A stretch of 61,625 nucleotides of DNA, counting the filler, from Sanchytrium tribonematis (lineage: Eukaryota), in NCBI GenBank assembly GCA_018985235.1. It is 10 parts of 10 records of this genome, joined end to end, with 100 filler letters (N's around TTAATTAATTAA, not from the genome) between each part and the next. Parts side by side here need not be neighbours in the genome. Positions count along the whole stretch, not along the records: positions 1 to 23,955 come from JADGIG010000074.1; positions 24,056 to 28,180 come from JADGIG010000758.1; positions 28,281 to 32,401 come from JADGIG010000759.1; 7 more parts are not named here. One strand, 5' to 3'. The number at the start of each line of letters is the position of its first letter. Within the stretch, counting starts at the first letter, position 1. Below are positions 20,330 to 29,301 of the stretch, piece after piece. The notes beneath the pieces were generated by a model, which was not told the origin of the DNA, did no database searches, and was given only the letters and a program-made list of their open reading frames with translations. A program made the translations under genes and the position numbers.

Positions 20330-21046
20330 ATGTCAAAAGGGAAGCAGCAAAAAATGTCATTAAATGACTTTCTATCTAATGAGAAATTCGGATCCGTCAG
20401 TAATTGGGCAGATGAAACAGACCAATTCTTACCAACTGTCCCATTAAGTATGCGAGTTCCTGATCATTTGACACTTCATTTCGTGCCAATTGAACATCTG
20501 GAGCCAAATGATATCCAAAATGCATTTCAAGGTGTTAAAAATGTCCGATTTATCAAATCTTTTGCTTATGTTGAATTTCAATCTGAAAATGATTGCTCAA
20601 AAGCATTAGAAAGAGATGGTCAAATGCTTCATAATCATATTTTGAAGATTTCTCCTGCAAAAGAAGGCTACAAAGAAGAAGAGAACAAAAATTGGGGTAG
20701 ATCTCAATGGCAATCTCCTAGTCCGATCCAAAGACCTATCCAAAATCAAAATTGGGACAGATCTACTTGGAATCAAAAACCAATTACGCCAGAGAGACAA
20801 GACAGACCACCTATGGATAGATCTGGTGATCGATTCGGTGATCGACAAATGGATAGATCAACAGACAGACCATCAGATAGACCCATGGATAGATCCCAAT
20901 GGGGGCAACGTCCAGCTGCTCCATTTCGATCTGAAAGACCTGAGCGACCAGAAAGACAAAGATCTTTTGATAGAAATGATTCTTTCCAACCACGACCAGA
21001 AAGACCATCTTCAAAAGCAGATTCAGTGTCATCATGGAGAAAATAA
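20330..21046 (+). CDS. RRM protein, eIF4B (Tif3/Sce3)-like
   Basis: KMSLNDFL..NWADE N-terminus; RNP1 FAYVEF; DR-rich repeats; ends ADSVSSWRK. Confidence 0.75.
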   Translation: MSKGKQQKMSLNDFLSNEKFGSVSNWADETDQFLPTVPLSMRVPDHLTLHFVPIEHLEPNDIQNAFQGVKNVRFIKSFAYVEFQSENDCSKALERDGQMLHNHILKISPAKEGYKEEENKNWGRSQWQSPSPIQRPIQNQNWDRSTWNQKPITPERQDRPPMDRSGDRFGDRQMDRSTDRPSDRPMDRSQWGQRPAAPFRSERPERPERQRSFDRNDSFQPRPERPSSKADSVSSWRK

Positions 21047-21061
21047 ATCAAGCATTCAATT

Positions 21062-21670
21062 TTATTCATTTTTAACTGGTTTTATCGTTGCTTTTGGAAA
21101 AAGTACTTTTTTACGTTGTTTGAGCATGTACGAGTACAAAACATACAATCCAGGGACATATAATGCAATGATACTGTAGATTGGAATCTTGGTTTCTTCA
21201 TTTTCAAGCGTGACGAGATATAAAGATACAATTTCCATTGAAACACCAATTGGATATAACACGATGAATCCCGAGTATCTCAACCATTTTAATGAATAGG
21301 GCACTCCAAAATCTTTTAGACAATAAAATGAATATCTAATGATCTCAGCAATGCTCCACGCAGATGTCAAAACAGCAAAACTCCAATGCATTCTAATCAA
21401 CTCGCTACTATAGTAATAATGAGGACCCCACACGATTAATAATCGAGATGCAACTTGCATGAATGTATTGAAGAAACTGGTGCCCAATAATAGTGCATGA
21501 AATGGCTCTAAAATGGCAATAGTTTGCACAATACGCAAATAATCAATGGTGTTAAACGCAAGAGAGAAATAAAACTTGGTTGCTAAATGGCTTGCGACCA
21601 TAGATAGCATATATGACCATAATACCAAATTCACAAAGTTGTAAGTGAAAAAGTAAACGGATGAAAGCAT
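21062..21670 (-). CDS. PHS1: Very-long-chain 3-hydroxyacyl-CoA dehydratase
   Basis: QVASR, AWSIAEIIRYSFY, WLRYSGFIVLYPIG..E, YMLKQRKKVL. Confidence 0.92.
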   Translation of the reverse strand: MLSSVYFFTYNFVNLVLWSYMLSMVASHLATKFYFSLAFNTIDYLRIVQTIAILEPFHALLLGTSFFNTFMQVASRLLIVWGPHYYYSSELIRMHWSFAVLTSAWSIAEIIRYSFYCLKDFGVPYSLKWLRYSGFIVLYPIGVSMEIVSLYLVTLENEETKIPIYSIIALYVPGLYVLYSYMLKQRKKVLFPKATIKPVKNE

Positions 21671-21732
21671 TTGTCAGAAAATATATTTTACATTTTTGAT
21701 GGCGTATTTTCAATCAAGCCACTTTTATTGAC

Positions 21733-23836
21733 ATGTCAACCAAGGGTAATGTAGCGGATAAAGCGAAGTTGTTCGCTGAAAAGTCTAAATTAGACACCAT
21801 TTATTGTGAGAGATGTAATAAGAATGTATTAAAAAGTGCCCCAGATCATTTAGTGTTTGAAAACCATGTTTATCACGTCAATGAATTCAAATGTTGTATA
21901 TGTAAGACCCAATTGAAGTTATCTAATGCTGTTAGATATAAAAATGACTTATTTTGTCAAACACACAACCCTTCTCGTGATCATAACCGACTCAGTCACG
22001 ATACTGAGAAGAATCACCGTCAAAGATCTGGTAGTGTCACCAATGATCAAGAATATCAAGCAATACGTGTTAAAAAGGACCATAAACAGTTACCGTTGCC
22101 CACAACTTGGGTAACCAACATGAAATCTATTTCAAATTTATCTGCAGTTCCAAATGAAGTCAAAATAAGCACGAATTTATCCAATTTATCAAGAGATATG
22201 GAGATTAAAAAGAGTATGAATGGTCTATCATTATCACCAACAGATGATGATGTGCATCGTAGCAACATGGTCTTTATGGGTTCTAGACAAATTAATCTGG
22301 ATATCAAGATAGAATATGAGGAAATCAAAAAGTCATATGAGAAATTAGAAGAGAATACGCGTAAAAGAGGATACACTTTGGAAGATAAACGATCCAGAAG
22401 TCAAAGTTTAAACAAAGAAGATGATTATTCACGGAGAAGAGTCCAAACAGTTGATATTCCATCAAGTCAATTAAGGAATCAAAGCACTGATTTTAAAGTA
22501 GATCAGCCTAAAGATTACTTTATAGAACTGCCAGATTTCTGGTATGAGTTGGATGCTACATATTCAAAACCGAAAACCAACAAATTACCGATTTTAGTGA
22601 TGGGAGATGAAGAAATTAACCGGAGAGAGTTTGGTAGAGAGAATTTAAGACATTTTACTAAATTGGGTATATCTCCATATATGAATTACGATATGGAATG
22701 GGTGGATGTGCTTTGTTTGTATTATAGACATTTTATTAAACAATTAGACCACACAAATTATGTGGCATTAATTGACGAGGGACCTGTCTTAATCACTGTA
22801 TATATGGAAAAGGGAGAATCTAGTAGCGACGAAGAGAGTTTACAAGATTTAGCTGGATTTATGGATGCCTTGAAAGATAATAAATATAAAATACTGATGC
22901 GATGGAAAGGTGGATTGGATTGGAGATTAGTCTTTTATGAAAGCGAATTCAGAAACAAAACAGGGATTAAATCAGCTGTAAATCGACGAAAAATCATCAG
23001 TTATTTACATCCCTCTTTAATTCCAACAAAATTAATAAAAATCACAGATCCGAATATCAAAGATGAGATATGCAAATTAGATGAGTTGAGAGTGACGACA
23101 GAGTATAAATTTGGTGTCATTGTCGTCAAGAAAGACCAATTTAAAGAAGAAGAGATATTCGCAAATAAAGATTCTGATGAGCATTATGATGAATTATTGG
23201 GGATTGTGGGCCATAAAATAGAATTATTAGGATTTCAGGGACATTGTGGTGGACTAGATAATAAAAATGGTAGAACCGGCATTCATTCTGTGCACACTAA
23301 ATTTAGTGATTTTGAAATCATGTACCACGTTTCTACGATGCTGCCATTTGATCCAGTAGATCCTCAACAAATACAACGGAAGCGACATATTGGTAATGAT
23401 ATTGTGTGTCTTGTATATTTAGAAGAAGGCGCCAAATTCAACCCATCCATGATTGCATCAAAATTTCTCCATGTTTACATTTGCGTGCAAAAAGTTGCAA
23501 ATGGCTGGAAAGTCGTCATTGCAGCCAATAAACACATACCGTATTTCGGACCAGCACTCCCAAATCCAAATATATTTACAGATAAAGAAACATTAAGAGG
23601 ATTTTTACTCACAAAATGTATTTCTCATTTATTTAGTAATCAATGGCGAAAATGCTGCATATCATTCGATTGTATTTAGAAATTTAGAAACGCGTACTAG
23701 AGATATGATATTAAAAGATATTGGGGAGAGATATGCAGAGGAAGAAGCATCTAAAAAATCAAATTCATCTAAAAGATTACGAGTATTTAACCATTTAAAG
23801 CGTAGACCTTCCAAGGAGGAGCCAGCTAAAAAGTAA
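21733..23836 (+). CDS. LIM-domain Rap GTPase-activating protein (join 21733..23617,23637..23836)
   Basis: N-terminal LIM; KFGV, GGLD, EIMYHVSTMLP, RKRHIGNDIV; spliced FLLTKLINGENAA..RTR. Confidence 0.92.
23618..23636 (+). other. 19-nt spliceosomal intron GTATTTCTCATTTATTTAG
   Basis: Removal restores the RapGAP motif TKLINGENA. Confidence 0.93.
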
Positions 23837-23955
23837 ACTGAATTTCATTTTAATAATTTTAAAAAAATCAAGTTTTTATTTTAATGTCCTGGTAATCTAG
23901 ATGTTTTAGTATTTCCAGTTGCAGGTCCTGTTGCTGTTGCATGTCCACTAGTAGC

Positions 23956-24055
23956 NNNNNNNNNNNNNNNNNNNNNNNNNNNNNNNNNNNNNNNNNNNNT
24001 TAATTAATTAANNNNNNNNNNNNNNNNNNNNNNNNNNNNNNNNNNNNNNNNNNNN
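23956..24055. other. Synthetic contig linker N44-TTAATTAATTAA-N44 (also at 28181, 32402, 36604, 40803, 45002, 49172, 53329, 57484)
   Basis: Identical 100-nt spacer with stops in six frames, repeated nine times. Confidence 0.98.
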
Positions 24056-26368
24056 CGCGTGTATTTGGTATATCCACAGATTGTCCCATCATTATGAATT
24101 TTCTACAAGGTTTAAATCTTCATGTGACGGATCCAGTGTTTTATCAAGCTATCCCAGCAGATTGCTGTAATTATTCAGTATTGAATGCTTTGGGAATACT
24201 AGCAATTTCTTGCACGGGTGTTGGTGCAAGCCAGTTTGTGACTCGATTACAGTTATCTTCTGTCAAAATTAATGGAACCATCCAAAGTCGATTTATCCCT
24301 TCTTCATTAAATCAATTGCAAATTGAATTGACGCCTTTGAATACTACGATCCCTAGTGACTTACCAAATACGATTACGAGATTGTATTTGTCAGGCAATA
24401 AATTAAGTGGATCTATCCCAGATACGCTTCCAAACCAATTAATTCAGTTAACTCTAGAAGGGAATCGACTGAGTGGATTACCTAGTTCTTTTCCATCCAC
24501 GTTGACTCTGTTGCAACTATTTCAGAACAGATTTACCAAAATGCCATTATTGCCAGCAAATTTACAGGGATTTTTCATTGCAGACAATCAAATCTCTGAC
24601 ACGCTGCCAAACTCCTTTCCAAACACTTTAAAAAATTTAGATGCTGAATATAACATGATTAATGGTAATATTCCGAGTAATCTACCCAACTCAATCCAAT
24701 ACCTGTATTTAAATAACAATAAACTTCAAGGAAGTATTCCGGATACCCTCCCAACTCAATTATTGGAGTTCTCGGTTTCTAATAATCTATTGTCAACGCT
24801 ACCAGCTTCCTTCCCAAATAATGTTCAAATGCTGTTTCTTGATGGTAATATGTTTACCAAAATGCCACTTCTACCACCTAACTTAGATTATTTGGATATT
24901 TATAATAATGTTATAAATGATAAATTACCAAGTTTATTCCCAAGCAATCTCAGATATCTAGGTGCTTCAAATAATATGATTTATGGTCAGATTCCACCTT
25001 TGCCAGGTTTGATAAATACAATAGTATTGAGTCACAATCAATTGAATGGAACATTGCCTTATCTTCCACCTTCGTTGACATTTTTGCAATTAGATTACAA
25101 TTCTTTAAGCGGAAATCTACCAAATTCATGGTCATCAAAGATCTATAGAATATGGCTTGGTCATAATATGTTTACTGGTAGTTTCCCAATTGTCAATTCA
25201 ACTCAAATCAATTATCCAGTTACCGTTGATGTTTCATGGAATTTATTGACTGGAAATTTGCCATTATTTCTATCTTCCTACCAATTCAGCTTGTTAGACG
25301 TCTCTCATAATCAATTTTCAGGTGATGTTGATCTAGGATATGCCATTATCAACGATTTAAGACTAAGTTTTAATAATTTCACCAAATATCCAAAATCATT
25401 GCCAAAATCCATCAATACGCTCAAATTGGATAATAATCAGATATCCGGTAACATTACATATAATTTGCCATCTACATTGACCACTATTGACTTGTCTAGT
25501 AACAATTTAAGTGGTTTAATCCCAAATTGGCAAATTAACACGACTCGCAATTATTTTAATATTTCTCATAATTTATTGACTGGTATGATCCCAATATCAC
25601 TCAAATACGTAAATACATTAGATATATCCCATAATTACTTGATTGGATGTATTAATTTCCAATTTAATGGCATCAATTTTTATTTTAATGATAATTATCT
25701 AGGTGGCAATTTATCATTTTTAGCACCTTCTCAACTATATTTACAGAACAATCTTGTGAATGATGTGACTATTTTGAATGTGACCGGGTTATCAAATTGT
25801 AGTTTGATTAATAATTCATTGGGGATTGCGGTCGTTTTGAAAAATTATAAAAATTTATGTGATTGGAAAACGATGATTAGTGCGAGTGGATGTAGAATAG
25901 TGGGATTAGATGAAGTATCACCCTTTAATGTAAAATCAATACCAGCATCAAAAGAAACTACAGAAATCACAAATATGCATGATTTTATAAATGGGTCAAC
26001 TGACTCTGTAATTCTATCTGTATCATCTAATTCTACTTTGTATTACGACTCTAATACTCCCTTGGATGTATTTAAGACTATAGTCACTCGTATTTCTCAT
26101 TTATTTAGGCCCTATTCGCATTTTAACAAATTCATTTCATTCTGTCAAATCTGCTACATTTGATAATAATTCGAGTGCATCAACCACTCATGCATCCATC
26201 ACACTTGATGAAAAACCACAATGGCAAACTACTTCATTCAATATCAGATGGTCATGGGTATTGGTTGTGAAATTGTGTTTAAATACTTTAATAATTGGCA
26301 TCGTAGCCAGTAAAACACCCACTAGAAGAAAGAAAAGAATACATTCTACATTACTTGGTACTTCTTAG
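24056..26368 (+). CDS. LRR receptor-like membrane protein, 5'-truncated (intron 26090..26108)
   Basis: DCPI..DCC cap; many LxLxxNxLsGxIP/LP repeats; S/T-rich stalk; after splicing, TM WSWVLVVKLCLNTLIIGIVAS plus basic RRKKR. Confidence 0.88.
26090..26108 (+). other. 19-nt spliceosomal intron GTATTTCTCATTTATTTAG
   Basis: Identical to the RapGAP intron; removal adds the TM and cytoplasmic tail. Confidence 0.85.
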
Positions 26369-26504
26369 TAAATTAATTCTAAATGTGCGATCATAAGAGT
26401 TGTACAGATCAAGGAGGAACTTGTCATAATGGTGAATGTCAATGGGATGGATTTGGAGGTAGATTATAAATTAAACTTAAAATATTTGGTTTATCACTGG
26501 TTAA

Positions 26505-27058
26505 TAAGCATGACGGTTTAGACTAAAAAAGTCAAAAGTCAAGTCAAGTCTGTCTCGACTTAAGGCAGACTCTTAAATTTTCGACTTGACTTAACTTGAC
26601 TTAGTCGCTAGCTGGAGTCAATTTAAAATATACTTATAAATTGATAATATTTTACTGAAAATTCCCAAAAATTTCTAATTTTTAATTCTTATTCGTTGTA
26701 TATGTATTATATTTTAGTAGGGTTTTAATTCTAATAAGTTGAAGCTAAAAGACACCCTAATTTCTGATTTAAAATTTTCACAAGCTCAAAAGTCTTGAAT
26801 TTTATTTAATAAATTTTTTAAAACAGTGGTTTTATTGTCACTCTTATTCACAACGGATAGCTTTTAGGGCATTCTGACGATTATAAAGCTTAAAAAAATT
26901 AATAAAAGCTTAATATTAACCAATAAAAGTCGTCAAAAAATTCGACTTAAAAAGGTCTCAGTTAGCGACTTAAGTCAAGTCAAGTCAGACTCGACTTAAG
27001 GCAGATTATTTATTTTTCGACTTGACTCGACTTGACTTAGTCTAAACCGTCATCTATA
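26505..27058. mobile_element. Non-autonomous hAT-like MITE
   Basis: TIR core ATGACGGTTTAGACTAA (26510-26526 / 27037-27053); 8-bp TSD CTGGTTAA/CTGGTTAT; subterminal AAGTC/GACTT arrays. Confidence 0.85.
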
Positions 27059-27128
27059 CTGGTTATATATTAAATTATGAGTGATTGTGGCGACTGAAGT
27101 TGCGAGGGGATTACTGCCTTATCGGGTG

Positions 27129-27162
27129 GTCAGTTGACAAGTCAGTTGACAAGTCAGTTGAC
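27129..27162. repeat. Tandem 12-mer GTCAGTTGACAA x3
   Basis: Read directly; each unit contains the GTCA-NN-TGAC palindrome. Confidence 0.8.
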
Positions 27163-27363
27163 CAACTAGAGGATGCTGTTATGTTAAAGTCTATTAAATA
27201 AAGGTCATTCGATTCTTCTAATCCCAAATCCAACTAACTGATTAACAGCACAGATCCAATTTCCAAGAATCCAATAAGCATAATCTACAAGTATTTCCCA
27301 CAAATGAAATCGATCGAGCAAGGAACCCAATTGACTATCAACAACCAGTCCCATTGATTCCAA

Positions 27364-27594
27364 ATGTTGACTCTTCTCTATAGCATCACCATGGCCTTAC
27401 CAATTTTGACAAATTGGAGTTTACCTTGCCATTTTAGTAAGAAATTTGAATTTACTAAGGAATCAGATTGTAGCACTAGTGGTCCTCTTCCATCTGATGG
27501 AGTTGATATATTTGATGGATCAAGAGACAAAGACAATCCATTTACTGGTATTGGTGGTCCTCTTCCATACAAATCACCCATTTTTGGAAAATAA
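27364..27594 (+). CDS. Possible small secreted peptide
   Basis: MLTLLYSITMALP signal-like; two GPLP motifs; coding strand uncertain. Confidence 0.35.
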   Translation: MLTLLYSITMALPILTNWSLPCHFSKKFEFTKESDCSTSGPLPSDGVDIFDGSRDKDNPFTGIGGPLPYKSPIFGK

Positions 27595-27961
27595 ATATTG
27601 CAAATTTCGACTGCCATAAATACATTGATGACACATTTTAGACCATATTCAATTGAATCTATATCTATTGATTCATCATGTATATTTTCAAGTGATTCCC
27701 ATTAATAATTTCTAATGAATTCAACTGATTCCCATTTTCCGTGTTTCCAAATAAAAAATCCACATCCAATTTCATGTTTAATCATTGACATGTAAAATTG
27801 AAATCACTTGCCCGCTAAATAGTCTATTGTCAAATTAAACATGTCATAATTACCATCCAATAATATGAGCTTGTAAAATTATAATCCATCCAATCAACAT
27901 TTCAAGCAAGTTTGTGCAAGTATTTTTAAATCTATTTAAACGAAGATCAATTTTTTATTCA

Positions 27962-28180
27962 ATGATCTGCTTCTTTCTCATCTTGACAATGGCTTCTCCC
28001 AAAAGACACTTTAAAGTCAATAAAAAAGATCCAAAGGTTTGTGGTCGACAGCATGGCAGATTAATTTGTGGAAAGGGGAAATTCTGCAGCAAACAGAATA
28101 CTTGTATGAAAGATGTCAAGTATATCAAGGGATGTCAATATGGGTATAGTGCAAAAGGTACATGTCAACCTCAAAATCAT
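27962..28180 (+). CDS. Secreted hevein/CBM18-like protein, 3'-truncated
   Basis: Signal MICFFLILTMA; CG..C..FCS..TC..CQYGYS..C. Confidence 0.6.
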
Positions 28181-28360
28181 NNNNNNNNNNNNNNNNNNNN
28201 NNNNNNNNNNNNNNNNNNNNNNNNTTAATTAATTAANNNNNNNNNNNNNNNNNNNNNNNNNNNNNNNNNNNNNNNNNNNNCCATAGCTTTCTTTTCCTGT
28301 CTCATCAATTGTATATTCCATTTAGCCATAGCTTTGGTAGAAGATGTAAATGGGTTTTAG

Positions 28361-29293
28361 TTGAGCTACTTAAGGTTTGACTGTGATATTGATTTTGAGG
28401 ACTGGGAGACAGGTTTAAGTAGTCTATTTGAATTGAAAGAGAATATTACTGACCAAATGAAAATTACTGCTTTACTGCATTATCTGCCAAATGACATCAG
28501 ATTTGACACTGTAAAGCAAGCTGAGAAACCATTAAAGTATGATAATATGAAAGCCGTATTAAAGGAGAATTACAAAAAGAAATTGACACTAAAGGAATTT
28601 TATAGTATGAGACAGGAAAAGGATGAAGAAACAGGTAGTTATCTAAAAAGAATGGAGACTAATGCAAGATTATTAGGATTGAATGATCGTGATGCCTTAG
28701 AACAAACAATAGATGGATTAAAACCCACATTAAAGAAGTTTGTGGTGGGAAACATCTTTAAGGAATTCAAGGAATTAAAGATGGTAATTAGTAATTGTGA
28801 AAGATTTGAATTTGCTCATCCAAAGTACAGATTGGATGTAAAATCTAAGGATTTGCCCAAGTGCTTCGCTTGTGGATCTAATCACAAGCATGATTGGAAT
28901 GATTGTAAAAGAGTAAGAGACAGTAAACCAGTTTTAAATTATTTGACTAAAACATCTAATTACATTCGTGTCGAACAGACACACCCAGTTAGTCTTAACA
29001 ATGAGACAGTGGAATGTATAGTGGATACTGGAGCAGATGTGTCAGTGGTGAGTGGATCTATGATTCAATTACTCAATCTAGAATTAAAAGAGTGTAACAA
29101 TCAAGTGATTGGCGGTGGGGAACCTATTGATTGCCTTGGGATAACATTAATAGATGTGGTTATAATGGGTAATCGGATTGATGAACATCCATTTCTGGTA
29201 CTAAATAGTGGTTATCCTTCACATCCAATAATTGGAAGAGACATCTTGAGGGACATCTTGAACTGCAAACTGGTTGGGATGTCAATCAATTAA
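28361..29293 (+). CDS. gag: Gag-protease
   Basis: Zn knuckle CFACGSNHKHDWNDC; aspartic protease VDTGA..IIGRDIL; no in-frame ATG at the 5' end. Confidence 0.85.
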   Translation: MSYLRFDCDIDFEDWETGLSSLFELKENITDQMKITALLHYLPNDIRFDTVKQAEKPLKYDNMKAVLKENYKKKLTLKEFYSMRQEKDEETGSYLKRMETNARLLGLNDRDALEQTIDGLKPTLKKFVVGNIFKEFKELKMVISNCERFEFAHPKYRLDVKSKDLPKCFACGSNHKHDWNDCKRVRDSKPVLNYLTKTSNYIRVEQTHPVSLNNETVECIVDTGADVSVVSGSMIQLLNLELKECNNQVIGGGEPIDCLGITLIDVVIMGNRIDEHPFLVLNSGYPSHPIIGRDILRDILNCKLVGMSIN

Positions 29294-29301
29294 ATAGTAC
29301 A

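Noticed and set aside
28281..28340. 5' LTR/PBS of the Gypsy element and a 15-nt inverted match to gag
   Set aside because: No match to sequence after the PPT; lies at a contig edge and is too short to separate from chance or chimera
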